Shown here: in pieces, positions 49,644 through 59,685 of the stretch
Numbering within the stretch: the stretch's first letter is position 1
Layout: each line of letters starts with the position of its first letter
Source: Candidatus Levybacteria bacterium RIFCSPLOWO2_02_FULL_37_18
GTDB taxonomy: Bacteria; Patescibacteriota; Microgenomatia; Levybacterales; UBA12049
Assembly: GCA_001784115.1 (NCBI GenBank)
Contig: MFPD01000011.1
Span: 28,869 to 92,868 of the forward strand
DNA length: 64,000 nucleotides
Direction: 5' to 3'
Notes under the pieces: model-generated
Seen by the model: only the letters and a program-made list of their open reading frames with translations
Database searches by the model: none
What the model was told of the DNA's origin: nothing
Made by a program: the position numbers and the translations under genes

Positions 49644-50812
49644 TGCAACGAAACAAATTTTTAATTGGGGGCATTATTGCTGTTTTGTTGATTACTATTC
49701 CCTTAACGGTCTTTTTACTTGGGCAACAGCAACAAACTCAAACCAAAGCAACACCTGCAACCACACTCTCTTTAGCGCTATCTAATCCCTCTCAAACAGT
49801 TACTGTAGGGCAAGACTTTGGTGTTGATATTAATATCAATCCAGGAAGCAATCAAGTTTCGTATGTAAAAGTGACAATTAATTTTGATGAAACAAAACTA
49901 GCAACCTCAGGAGCAGGATTTGAACCAAGTGCTTCTTTTCCTACCACACTTGAAGGCCCTATATTTACTTCAAACTCGTTTACTGTTGGTCTTTCAATTG
50001 GGGCTGATTACACAAAAGCAGTACAAACACCCGGAAAAGTAGGAAAACTAACATTCCGTGCCAAAGCACTAACCAATGGCACCCAACAACTTGCCAGCTT
50101 TGATACAGGGCAACAAAAAACACTGGTTCTTTCTATTGCAAGCAGCCAAGATAATTATAACGAAAATGTTTTATTGCCAAATCCCGCACCTCTTTCTTTA
50201 GCTATCTCAGCAGGACCAACCGGAACACCCGGGCCAACAGCACCAACCCAAGCACCAACCTGCAGCAACTTAAAAATCGATAGGGTAGCAAGCGGTAATA
50301 CGCCGTTTTCTATTACATTTACCGCTGATGGAAGCGATCCTGACGGGACAATTTTTAGGGTATCTTTTGACTTTGGAGATGGACCAAGTCAAGATGAAAC
50401 TGCCGGCGGTGGCATTGGAACCGGTACAGTAAGTGTCCCTAAATCTCATACGTATAACAATCCAGGAACGTACGAAGCCAGAGCAACCCTCTATGACAAT
50501 AATCAAAACGCAAGTTTGCCTAATACCAAGTGCACAAAAACAATAACTGTAACTCAGGGACCAACTCCCACTCCAGGATCCATTTCTGCGATTACCCCTA
50601 TTCCAACCCCGCCATTATCTGCACAACCAACTGCTATTATTCTTACCCCCACACCGCTTGCTTCTAATCCAACAACTATTGCGCAAAGACCAACTACAAC
50701 TCCACCAGGTCAACCACCGCCAAACTCTGGACCAGGAGATGCCATTCTTGTAGCCGGGGGTATTGGATTTGTCCTATCTGTAATTGGTGCGCTTTTGTTT
50801 TTTGGACTCTAG
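49644..50812 (+). CDS. PKD-domain surface protein with N-terminal signal anchor, Pro/Thr-rich stalk and C-terminal TM
   Basis: MQRNKFLIGGIIAVLLITIPLTVFLLG signal anchor. PKD-like block DGSDPDGTIFRVSFDFGDGPSQ...HTYNNPGTYEARATLYDNNQN. PT-rich stalk (TPTPGSISAITPIPTPP...TTTPPGQPPP). C-terminal hydrophobic helix. ORF-track start (49601) uses TTG; ATG at 49644 preferred. Confidence 0.6.
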
Positions 50813-52680
50813 GTATTTTCAATCATTGACAAAATCGCTTCTTGGGGAAGTACTATTTTTCCTGTTGTAATCATTTTTGCTTTTCCCCTCTTTTGCTTTT
50901 TAAGCAACTTATCTTTTCTGGTTCTATCACCGCCTGACATTTTTGCCAACACATTTTTTCTAAAGGGTGGGATTTCTTCCCTGGCAACAATCGTACCATT
51001 TACAACAGATTGAATAATCTGTCTAAACTGCTGTCTTTCCAGAAACTCTTTTAATTTTTCAGCTTTTTGCCTGGCAATCTGTATTGCCTCATCTCTATAT
51101 ACAAGTTCTGACAATACATCAATGGAAACGTCGTTAATTCTTACTTCAAGCGAAACTAAATCAGCTTTTCTATACTCTATTAATTCATAATCAATACTCC
51201 CAAAACCCGAAGAAACGGATTTTAATTCAGCTGACAACCCTCTCATAAACATGCTGTATGGCGCCTCAAAGGTTAAAACTGCATACATTTCGAAGTAGGA
51301 GAGGTCAATTAAATTCCCTTTTCTTTTTTGACAAAGCGTTATAATGGATCCTACAAAACCAGATGGCGTATAGATAATCAGTTTCATGTATGGCTCAAGA
51401 TATTCACCCATTGAATCTTTGTCATACAACACATGTGGCATGGTAAAAAGTAAATCAAGTAAAAATTCTTGCTTAAGCCGTTCTTTTACTATTTCTGCAT
51501 GGAGTAATCCTAAAAATCCAACCCGAAACCCGCTTCCTAAATACGCTGAATATTCTTCTGTATACGTTAAGGCTGTATCATTTAAAGCAAGTTTTCCTAA
51601 TGATTCTTTTAAACGAATTAAATCATCTGTGGTTTTCGGATACACCCCAAAAAAAACCATTGGCTTTGGCACTTTATATCCCGAAAGCGCATGAATTTCG
51701 ACTCCCTTGTCATCTACAGCTAATTTTGAATTTTTAATTTTTAATTTTGAATTTATTATCGTGTCTCCTACTCGGCAAAGACGTATGTCTTTAATTCCTG
51801 TAATAATATAGCCAATTTCACCTGTTAAAAGTTGGCCGCTTGATTTTAAAAATGGCGTAAAATGTCCAATATCGGTAATTTCTGTTTGCGTACCATTTTG
51901 AAAGAATTGAATTCTTTCTCCTTTTGCAACGATTCCGTCCATAATTCTGACATACGCAACCACACCTTTATATTCGTCATATACTGCGTCAAAAATAAGT
52001 GCGCGAAAAAGATCTGCTTGGCTTCCGTGGGGAGTTGGAATTCTCCCAACAACAGCATCTAACAAATTGCCAACGTTTTCTCCGGTTTTTGCGGAGATAA
52101 AAAGCATTTCTTCTTTTGTAAATCCAAATGTATCAACAAGTTCTTTTTCTGTTGTTTCAATTTGCGCATTAGGAAGATCTATTTTATTAATTACAGGAAT
52201 GAGTTTTAAATTAAGCTTTTTGGCGCTTTGGAAATGAGCTACTGTTTGAGCCTGAATCCCTTGGGTTGCGTCAACAAGCAAAATCGCACCATCGCACGCT
52301 GCAAGCGTTCGGGAGACCTCATACGAAAAATCTACGTGTCCGGGAGTATCAATTAAGTTCAAAATGTATCTTGAACTTGCAAACTCGAAATTCGAATCTC
52401 GAAATTCGAAATTATTTTGTTCATTTGAATTTTGAATTTGAGGATTGTTTCGGATTTCGGATTTCTGATTTCGGATTTCCGGATGGTATATCATCCGTAC
52501 TGGTGCTAATTTGATCGTGATTCCACGTTCCCTGCTTATCGGATTTTGATCCAAGAACTGCTCTTTCAGATCATTTTTGGGAACAGTTTCTGTTATTTCC
52601 AAAAATCGATCCGCAAGCGTTGACTTCCCATGATCCACATGAGCGATAATGGCAAAATTTCTAATCTGCGATTGATTCAT
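50809..52680 (-). CDS. lepA: Elongation factor 4 (LepA) with two low-complexity insertions
   Basis: IIAHVDHGKSTLADR, DTPGHVDFSYEVSR, NKIDLP, and the LepA-specific C-terminal domain (…RKNVLAKMSGGDRTRKDKLLKKQKRGKAKM). A ~32-aa insertion (EIRNQKSEIRNNPQIQNSNEQNNFEFRDSNFEF) before DTPGH and a ~11-aa KLKIKNSKLAV insertion relative to E. coli LepA. Confidence 0.93.
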   Translation of the reverse strand: MNQSQIRNFAIIAHVDHGKSTLADRFLEITETVPKNDLKEQFLDQNPISRERGITIKLAPVRMIYHPEIRNQKSEIRNNPQIQNSNEQNNFEFRDSNFEFASSRYILNLIDTPGHVDFSYEVSRTLAACDGAILLVDATQGIQAQTVAHFQSAKKLNLKLIPVINKIDLPNAQIETTEKELVDTFGFTKEEMLFISAKTGENVGNLLDAVVGRIPTPHGSQADLFRALIFDAVYDEYKGVVAYVRIMDGIVAKGERIQFFQNGTQTEITDIGHFTPFLKSSGQLLTGEIGYIITGIKDIRLCRVGDTIINSKLKIKNSKLAVDDKGVEIHALSGYKVPKPMVFFGVYPKTTDDLIRLKESLGKLALNDTALTYTEEYSAYLGSGFRVGFLGLLHAEIVKERLKQEFLLDLLFTMPHVLYDKDSMGEYLEPYMKLIIYTPSGFVGSIITLCQKRKGNLIDLSYFEMYAVLTFEAPYSMFMRGLSAELKSVSSGFGSIDYELIEYRKADLVSLEVRINDVSIDVLSELVYRDEAIQIARQKAEKLKEFLERQQFRQIIQSVVNGTIVAREEIPPFRKNVLAKMSGGDRTRKDKLLKKQKRGKAKMITTGKIVLPQEAILSMIENT

Positions 52681-52714
52681 GTAGAAAGTAGTATAGAGTC
52701 GATGGATATTAAAA

Positions 52715-54625
52715 TCAACTTACTGTTCCATTTACCCAAGGAGAATAACCATGACCATTTGTGCTAAAAACAGTCTCTTCTACATCTTGAGAGACACGGC
52801 TTTCTTGAGATTCTTCGGGAAATCCTTTAAGGATATAATCTCTCATCATCCGCGCTCCGGAAATAACCGGAAGATACGCCTTTAGTTGTCCTTTCGTAAA
52901 AGAAGTCCAAGTACTATCTTCATCTTTATCATCTACGATTCGGGCTGCTCTTACCAGTTGGCTATAAATAAAATGTTGTTGTTCGCTATCAAAATCTCCT
53001 CCAATCTCTAAGTATGCGGGAGGGGTAATGTCCGCAACTCCTCCGTCTTCGGTAGAGATAAGAATTGTTAGGTTTCCTATTGCTTTCATCCATGAAGTTC
53101 CACATGCCTCTTTCCCTACAACAGGCGTATTAAGCCATACATCAGAACCTGTAACCATCTTCTGAGCAACGTCAACATCATATCCCTGTACAAAATGTAC
53201 TCTTTTCTTTAGAACTGGATTTTTATCTACAAGGCCAAAAATATGTGAAAAATTATCACCACCATATTTCCCTGACATAAGAATGTGCATGTTTTCTGAT
53301 TCAAGCAGGTAAGCAAGTCTTCTTACATCGTTAAAAAGAAGATGAGGTCTTTTATAGTCGACAAATCGTTTTGCCCATGATGCAATCTTTGCTCCTTCTT
53401 CAATTTTTATTGGCTCTCCGTATTGATCTTTTCTTGTCGTAAGAAATTCTCTTAGTTCTCTTCTTGCGATCTCCTTAATTTCTCTGAGTTTTTTACCGTC
53501 TAACCTATCTATTCTCTCCTGGTAATCTGGAGTGGGCAAATCAAAGACATCTATAGCTTTTTCTTTTTTGTAAAGATTCATAAACCCCTCTTGAACCCAA
53601 GTTTCCATAAAAATTCCATTTGTGTCATGTTCAAACTTTATTTTATTACCCTCATGATCTTTAAAATAAACTAATATCCCCTCTGCAGTTTCTCTTTCTC
53701 CGTTTGCAATTTGGGTATGTAGCTTACTAACTCCCAGGCGTGTCCCTGATAATGCTAAGGCAAGCGTGTTTAATCGAATTATTCCATTGTTGCCGTCAAT
53801 TAATCCGCGAAGCCAATTTGCGGCATCTAAACTTGTCATATTCCCAATTGCATATTCCTCAAGAATATCTCTTGAGACTTCTGCTTCTGCAGCTTGTTCC
53901 AGCGTATGATTTATATACATTGTTTCGCCTCGTACCGACTCAAGGGCTTGTTCAAAAGGAACACCGTTGTTGCATGTATCATCAAGGTTTGCCAAGGCGA
54001 CAAAAACAGATGCAGATTCATTAATAAGATAGACAGATGGTTTTATACCTTTTGCCTGTAAAGATCTAAATCCACCAAATCCTAAAACCACCTGCTGATA
54101 CATTCGATGAGAAGAATCCTGAGCAGCTTGATATAAAGAACCAATCCCTGGTTCAAAAAGACCAAATACTTTTGCACTACCTGCTTCTTGAGTAAATAAT
54201 CCAAACCGTGTTGTATGACCATTGGTGCGCACTAATACATCTTGGTTCCATTCGGATGTTCCCCATGCACTACCCTCCGGATCAAAAGGATATTCTCTAT
54301 GATACGAACGAAACCTGTTTTCTTCAGTTCCGTATATCCCTATCTCAACTGCACCTTCTTGTCTCCCACGGGTTGCATATACAGGAGTTACTAACACATA
54401 AGGAATTCCGTCCTTTCCTGCTTGAAAATACTTGCAGCGTTCTAAAATCCCTAATCCTCCAGCATAAGACCCATCTGGAATAGCTGCTTCCATGGAGAAG
54501 GAGACAATCGGAGATTGAGGGGTAATTTTTTCTTTAAGATCCGGCCTTCCTATTGCGTCGAAGAAGCTACGGGAAGATTCTCTCTCTTGTAATCCATCTG
54601 TGCATCTTTCAAGAACTTGTACCAT
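52715..54625 (-). CDS. glgP: Alpha-glucan (glycogen/maltodextrin) phosphorylase family protein, short type (GT35)
   Basis: EACGTSWMKA matches the pyridoxal-phosphate lysine motif EASGT(S/G)NMK of GT35 phosphorylases. 636 aa. Confidence 0.6.
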   Translation of the reverse strand: MVQVLERCTDGLQERESSRSFFDAIGRPDLKEKITPQSPIVSFSMEAAIPDGSYAGGLGILERCKYFQAGKDGIPYVLVTPVYATRGRQEGAVEIGIYGTEENRFRSYHREYPFDPEGSAWGTSEWNQDVLVRTNGHTTRFGLFTQEAGSAKVFGLFEPGIGSLYQAAQDSSHRMYQQVVLGFGGFRSLQAKGIKPSVYLINESASVFVALANLDDTCNNGVPFEQALESVRGETMYINHTLEQAAEAEVSRDILEEYAIGNMTSLDAANWLRGLIDGNNGIIRLNTLALALSGTRLGVSKLHTQIANGERETAEGILVYFKDHEGNKIKFEHDTNGIFMETWVQEGFMNLYKKEKAIDVFDLPTPDYQERIDRLDGKKLREIKEIARRELREFLTTRKDQYGEPIKIEEGAKIASWAKRFVDYKRPHLLFNDVRRLAYLLESENMHILMSGKYGGDNFSHIFGLVDKNPVLKKRVHFVQGYDVDVAQKMVTGSDVWLNTPVVGKEACGTSWMKAIGNLTILISTEDGGVADITPPAYLEIGGDFDSEQQHFIYSQLVRAARIVDDKDEDSTWTSFTKGQLKAYLPVISGARMMRDYILKGFPEESQESRVSQDVEETVFSTNGHGYSPWVNGTVS

Positions 54626-54694
54626 ATTTCTCTAGGACAGAAGAATAATAAATAGCGTACTGCGAGAAAAACAAGTTGTCAAGAGGTTATAAGG

Positions 54695-56359
54695 TTAAGG
54701 ATTGGGACGGTTGGGGTCGAGAGTTTCTCCTCGCTCCTGTAATATCTCCCTCCAGTTTCCGATTTTTTTAAACAATAGTAAAAATGTTGTTGCTTCTTTT
54801 ACATTGAAAAGCCAAGTTAAGAATAGATACAATGATAATCCGGCAAAACTTGAAATACCGGTTAAGAAAATAAGATTTATAGTATGTGTTGTATCAAATA
54901 CTAATTGATCGAGCAACTTTATTGGAATATATAATGCAAAACCTGTAAAAAGAGATGCAAAAAAGATTTTTAAAGAGGAAAAAAACATATCTATCTTTTT
55001 AAATCCGCCAATTTTTTTATCCAAAAGAAAAAGCAATACGACTAAATTCAAAATACTTGCAACTGAATACGCAAACGCAATATTTTCTATACCCATTTTA
55101 TATCTCAATATAAATAATACACTCATACCAATCATGCAAAGCGTTGTTATTCCTCCTACGACAAGCGGAGTCTTCGCGTCATGGAGTGCATAAAATCCCC
55201 GGGAAATCAAATAAATTAAAGCATTAGCAAAAACAGATAGCGCAAAATATGCTAAGGTCTTTCCTGTTAAAACAGTAGCCTCCCAATCAAATAAACCAGC
55301 TCCAAATACAAGTCTCACAACGGGAATTCGCAAGACTAAAAAAAGTACAGATACAGGCAGTACCAAATAAAGCATTTGATTAAAACTTGTTAAAAAAGTT
55401 AGCTTAAAGTGCTCAATTCTTTCCCGCTCGCGGGAAAGAACGGGAAAAGCAGCTTGAGCAATCGTTTGCCCAAAAAGCGCAATAGGAGCAAACGCAAGTG
55501 TCTGAGCATAGTCAAAAATTACATAATTTCTCCCAGAGTTAGGAATATATGAAATAAGCGCAATAGTTATCAAAGAACCTACTTGAAAGATTCCGATAGA
55601 AAAAGTTCTGGGCCACATAAGTGAAACAACTTCCTTAATTCCCGGTGTCTCAAACGATATGGATGAAGTAAAAGAAAAACCCACTTTCTTAACGAGGGGG
55701 ATCTGTGCTGCTGCAAAAAAAATGCCTCCCAAAATGATTCCGTATACCGGCCCATATATCCCTAGTATAGGCGATAAAAAAAGAATTCCAAGTATGATCC
55801 CTAAGTTATATGAAGCCGCGGCTATTCCGGGAATAAAAAAATGATTATATGATTGTAGTAATGCGGAAAAAAAAGTAGCAATTAAAAAAAATAATTGTCC
55901 GACAATAACCAGTCTCATCAAATTTGCCATCAATTCCATTTCAGATGCAGAAAATCCAGAACCTGGATTTAATATTTGCAAAAAAAAGGAAGCAAAAATA
56001 AAAAGAATTATCGATAAAATCGAAAAAACCACAACAAAAATTGTCAAAAGTGTGGAGGCCATCTTTCGTGCCTCCGCCTCTTTATTTTTGACAATAAAAT
56101 CTGAAAAAACAGGAATAAACGCAGATGACAAAACTCCCGCTATAATTATCTGAAACAGAAAATCCGGTAATTTAATAGATGCAAGATATACTCCTAAGGT
56201 ATTGGAAGCGCCAAATATTGCCACAAGAAGTCGTTGCCTTATAAGACCTAAGAATTGGGAAAGTATTACGGTTGACATAATAACAAATGCCGCAGATAAA
56301 ATATTCGTTTGTCGCATCGAAATAATATCAATGCTTTTTTGTAAGAATTTTTTCATCAT
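54695..56359 (-). CDS. murJ: Lipid II flippase MurJ (MviN)
   Basis: 14-TM MOP-superfamily topology. N-terminal SAAFVIMSTVILSQFLGLIRQRLLVAIFGASNTLGVYLASIKLPDFL is the MurJ signature region. Confidence 0.85.
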   Translation of the reverse strand: MMKKFLQKSIDIISMRQTNILSAAFVIMSTVILSQFLGLIRQRLLVAIFGASNTLGVYLASIKLPDFLFQIIIAGVLSSAFIPVFSDFIVKNKEAEARKMASTLLTIFVVVFSILSIILFIFASFFLQILNPGSGFSASEMELMANLMRLVIVGQLFFLIATFFSALLQSYNHFFIPGIAAASYNLGIILGILFLSPILGIYGPVYGIILGGIFFAAAQIPLVKKVGFSFTSSISFETPGIKEVVSLMWPRTFSIGIFQVGSLITIALISYIPNSGRNYVIFDYAQTLAFAPIALFGQTIAQAAFPVLSRERERIEHFKLTFLTSFNQMLYLVLPVSVLFLVLRIPVVRLVFGAGLFDWEATVLTGKTLAYFALSVFANALIYLISRGFYALHDAKTPLVVGGITTLCMIGMSVLFILRYKMGIENIAFAYSVASILNLVVLLFLLDKKIGGFKKIDMFFSSLKIFFASLFTGFALYIPIKLLDQLVFDTTHTINLIFLTGISSFAGLSLYLFLTWLFNVKEATTFLLLFKKIGNWREILQERGETLDPNRPNP

Positions 56360-56405
56360 AATAATAGAGGTTGCAGATTACAGTATACCATGGTACAATA
56401 AGCCC

Positions 56406-56690
56406 ATGCCAGTAATAAAATCAGCAAAAAAGAAATTAAGAAAAGACAGAAAAAGGGAAAAAGAGAATAATAAATTTGAAAATATTCTCAAAACACTCAT
56501 TAAAAAAGCAAAAAAAATCAAAACAGAAAAAGCAATAATTCAAGCGGTAAGAACCGCAGATAAGGCTGCGAAAAAAAGAATTATTCATAAAAATAAAGCA
56601 TCGCGTTTAAAATCTCAGCTGTACAAACTAATCGCTAAAACACCAAAAGCAGCTGTAAAAACAACCTCTAAAAAAACTCCAAAAAAATAA
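56406..56690 (+). CDS. rpsT: 30S ribosomal protein S20
   Basis: MPVIKSAKKKLRKDRKREKEN...IHKNKASRLKSQLYKLIAK matches S20 (MANIKSAKKR...GLIHKNKAARHKANL). The ORF-track ORF (56202) starts too far upstream; ATG at 56406 fits. Confidence 0.88.
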   Translation: MPVIKSAKKKLRKDRKREKENNKFENILKTLIKKAKKIKTEKAIIQAVRTADKAAKKRIIHKNKASRLKSQLYKLIAKTPKAAVKTTSKKTPKK

Positions 56691-56706
56691 TAAATCCTCC
56701 TCCAGT

Positions 56707-56811
56707 CCTGACATTACCCCAGCTTTGCTTCAAATCGTCATTCTGGAAAGCAACGACTTTTCCAGAATCAGATTCTGGACAAGCCAGAATGACAAAGTGG
56801 GATAATATCAG
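56707..56811. mobile_element. MITE-like palindromic element copy C (TIR tgacattacccc/gggataatatca; flanking imperfect direct repeat cctccagtcc/cctccaatcc)
   Basis: Terminal IR 10/12, nested hairpins gtcattctggaaa/tttccagaat and attctgg/ccagaat ending ccagaatgacaa (same terminal motif as copy A). Direct repeats at 56697-56706 and 56812-56821. Confidence 0.55.
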
Positions 56812-56887
56812 CCTCCAATCCCTTTGACAAAAGATATAAAACCTCCTAGACTAATTAAAGGCGTTATGTGTAAACGTCTTGTTTTGT

Positions 56888-57427
56888 ATGATTAAAAAAA
56901 CTCCAACAATAAACTTATTTACAGGAAGAAGTAAAAGCTTTATTGATAGATTTCTAAAATGGGCATTAAGCGTTGGAAGACTTATCATCATTCTAACCGA
57001 AATAATAGCCCTTTCAGCTTTTTTATATAGATTCTCTCTAGACAGACAACTTATTGATCTTAGGGACAAAATAAAATCACAACAAAAAATACTTGACTTG
57101 TATAAAAATAACGAAAAAAAATACAGAAGTCTTCAAGAAAGAATTGCATTATCTTCTCAACTTTCTACTCTAGCTGAAAAAAATACTGACACGCTCAACA
57201 AAATCAATCAAAGTATTCCAATTAATATGTCTGTAAGTAGTCTTACCTTGCAAAAAAAGAGCATGAATATAAATGCAAGTGTACCGTCAATTTCTACACT
57301 CACTTCCTTTATGAAAAAAATAAAAAGTTTTCCAGAAGTAAAAGGAACAACGCTTGAAAGAATTGATAATAGGATATCAAGCTCTACACTCGTATTTAGT
57401 TTAAATGTCTTTCTAAAAGATGAATAA
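56888..57427 (+). CDS. pilN: PilN-like type IV pilus assembly protein
   Basis: N-terminal MIKKTPTINLFTGRSK (INLLP-type motif), single TM, coiled-coil and C-terminal beta domain. ~180 aa. Confidence 0.5.
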   Translation: MIKKTPTINLFTGRSKSFIDRFLKWALSVGRLIIILTEIIALSAFLYRFSLDRQLIDLRDKIKSQQKILDLYKNNEKKYRSLQERIALSSQLSTLAEKNTDTLNKINQSIPINMSVSSLTLQKKSMNINASVPSISTLTSFMKKIKSFPEVKGTTLERIDNRISSSTLVFSLNVFLKDE

Positions 57428-58040
57428 TACAAAAATCAAAAAAAATAATTCTCTATTTCCTGTTAAGAACAAATATCTTGAGTTTCTTCCAAAAATTAAA
57501 GAAGAAAAAATACAAGTAGCAACAACTGTGGGCTTAACATTCCTTGGTATTATTTTGTTTGGTTTGTTTGCAATCAGCCCAACTCTGACAACCATTGCTC
57601 ATCTAAGAAAAAGTTTGGCTGATAATCAAGATTTATTTGCCAAATTGCAAGAGAAAAACAAAAATTTAAGTATTCTCCAGCAAAAATATTCAACCGTGGA
57701 AAAAGATATTCCTACCATTCTGTCTGCACTGCCCCAAAAACCATCGGCACCTGTCTTTCTTGGACAAATACAAACTCTTCTTGTTAGTAATCATCTTAAT
57801 TTAATAAACATTGGATCTCTTGAGGTCGAGCTTACCAAATCTGAAGAAGGCGAAAATCAGTATTCATCGTTTATTTTTAATCTGAGCGCCGATGGATCGA
57901 ATGAGAATGTGCTCACGTTTATAAATTCCTTAATACATGTCAGCAGGATCGCATCTATAGATAACATCTCTCTTGTAGAAAACTCAAAAAAAGGAAATAC
58001 ACAAGTTACAATTACTGGAAAAACGTATTTTAAAAAATAA
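57420..58040 (+). CDS. pilO: PilO-like type IV pilus assembly protein
   Basis: Short cytoplasmic N-terminus, TM, long coiled-coil (LRKSLADNQDLFAKLQEKNKNLSILQQKY) and C-terminal domain. Overlaps the pilN stop, immediately downstream of the PilN-like gene. Confidence 0.45.
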   Translation: MNNTKIKKNNSLFPVKNKYLEFLPKIKEEKIQVATTVGLTFLGIILFGLFAISPTLTTIAHLRKSLADNQDLFAKLQEKNKNLSILQQKYSTVEKDIPTILSALPQKPSAPVFLGQIQTLLVSNHLNLINIGSLEVELTKSEEGENQYSSFIFNLSADGSNENVLTFINSLIHVSRIASIDNISLVENSKKGNTQVTITGKTYFKK

Positions 58041-58042
58041 TT

Positions 58043-58339
58043 ATGAAACAAAAAGACATCTTACTTATCTTAGGCTCTCTTTGTGTAGTTACTATTGCGT
58101 GGATTATTTTTAATATTTATCATACTACTGTCACATCAACAATTCCCGAAACCATAACTACGCAAGTTAAACCAATCACACCGGATTTTGATATAAAAAG
58201 TATTGATGCGCTTAAAAAAAGACAAAAAATAACTCCAAATTTTGGTTTTCCTTCCTCTGGTACTCCTACTCCGACACCTACCCCTTTTCTCTTGCCAAAA
58301 AAGAATCAACCTGCATCTGAAAGCTCATTCCTTAGATGA
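58043..58339 (+). CDS. Small membrane-anchored protein with Thr/Pro-rich tail (pilus-cluster associated)
   Basis: 98 aa, N-terminal TM, ...GTPTPTPTPF. ATGA-overlapped with the downstream gene. Confidence 0.4.
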   Translation: MKQKDILLILGSLCVVTIAWIIFNIYHTTVTSTIPETITTQVKPITPDFDIKSIDALKKRQKITPNFGFPSSGTPTPTPTPFLLPKKNQPASESSFLR

Positions 58340-59685
58340 AAAAAAATATTTTGAGTATTCGTATTCCAACCTTGTTGGGAATTTTTTTAATACTGGTTAC
58401 TCTTGCATCAACATCGTATCTTGCAAATCAGGGTGTAATTACGATTGGAAGAGCAAGTTTAACACAAGCCCCACAAAGAGTGCGCATAACGAATGTCTCA
58501 GATACTTCATTTACGGTTTCTTATAAAACCGAGACTCCAACACTAGGATCTCTTAACACTGGAAAAGATAAAAGCTTAGGCCTTGTAATCAATGACGACA
58601 GAGATAGTCAAACCGCAAAGCCTCATGTACTTCATTACTTTACTGTAAAAAATCTTGCCCCTAACACACTATATTATTTTTCAATTGTATCCGGTGACAC
58701 TATATACACAAACAATAATACTCCTTTTACAGTGACAACGCGTGAATTAGGCGATACTACTTCTTCACCTAATTCAATGAGCGGAAAAATAATTACACAA
58801 GAAGCAACAGCCCCTCAGGAAGCAATCGTATATGTAAAAAAATCATCCGATCCCAAATCTATATCTACATTAGTAAATAATGACGGGACGTATTCTTTGG
58901 ATGTATCAAAAATTGGAATTAAAAATAATTCTTCAGACAGTCACATTCTCCAAATGCTTGTTCTTGGAGATCAAAAAGAATCAAATATTACTATTAGATC
59001 TTCTGCTATCCATCCTGTCCCAATAATTACTCTTGCCAAAGATTACGATTTTATTCAAAACGTTTTAGAACCGTCTGCGTCAACAAGCGCAAATTTTCAA
59101 TCTTTTCCCTCATTTAATTTTACCAGTAACTCTACAATACCTCAAATTATTACACCAAAAAATGAAGAAATCTTCAAAGATGCCAAACCTCAATTCTTTG
59201 GAACTGCATCTGCATCAGCCTTGGTAAAAATTACTATCCATTCTCAAGATATAATACAAGATCAAGTAAAAACAGACCCTAACGGCAGATGGTCATATCG
59301 TCCAATTCAACCTCTTTCTCCCGGAAATCATACTATTTCTATAACAACCCAGGATCAGACAGGAATTACAAAAAGTATCGAAAAAACATTTATTGTTTTT
59401 GCATCCGGAAGCCAATTTATCGAGCCTTCTGTTTCTCCTATTCCGCCTACTCCCACCTCATCACCTACAATAACCCCCACGCCTTCCATTCCCACAGCAA
59501 CACCTTTGCCTCCAACTCCTACTTCATTACTTTTGCCATCTCCAACCATAATCCCTCCTGCAAGCTCAACTACTCTTCCTCCGCCCGGAAGTTCAACTGC
59601 CTTGCTTACAGGACTTAAGGGAATTGGAATAACTCTTGCTGGCTTACTTCTTCTAATTCTCTCCCGAGGCGTTTTACATATATGA
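58336..59685 (+). CDS. Surface protein: signal anchor + Fn3-like and Ig-like domains + Pro/Thr-rich stalk + C-terminal TM
   Basis: Fn3-like RVRITNVSDTSFTVSYKTETPT...NTLYYFSIVSGD. PT-rich PTPTSSPTITPTPSIPTATPLPPTPTS. C-terminal ALLTGLKGIGITLAGLLLLILSRGVLHI is a possible non-canonical sorting signal. Confidence 0.55.
   Translation: MKKNILSIRIPTLLGIFLILVTLASTSYLANQGVITIGRASLTQAPQRVRITNVSDTSFTVSYKTETPTLGSLNTGKDKSLGLVINDDRDSQTAKPHVLHYFTVKNLAPNTLYYFSIVSGDTIYTNNNTPFTVTTRELGDTTSSPNSMSGKIITQEATAPQEAIVYVKKSSDPKSISTLVNNDGTYSLDVSKIGIKNNSSDSHILQMLVLGDQKESNITIRSSAIHPVPIITLAKDYDFIQNVLEPSASTSANFQSFPSFNFTSNSTIPQIITPKNEEIFKDAKPQFFGTASASALVKITIHSQDIIQDQVKTDPNGRWSYRPIQPLSPGNHTISITTQDQTGITKSIEKTFIVFASGSQFIEPSVSPIPPTPTSSPTITPTPSIPTATPLPPTPTSLLLPSPTIIPPASSTTLPPPGSSTALLTGLKGIGITLAGLLLLILSRGVLHI

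Noticed and set aside
52715-54625. Horizontal acquisition of the glucan phosphorylase gene suggested by slightly higher GC and W/R-rich composition
   Set aside because: The compositional difference is modest and could reflect amino-acid content of the protein. Without k-mer statistics or phylogeny the call is not supportable.
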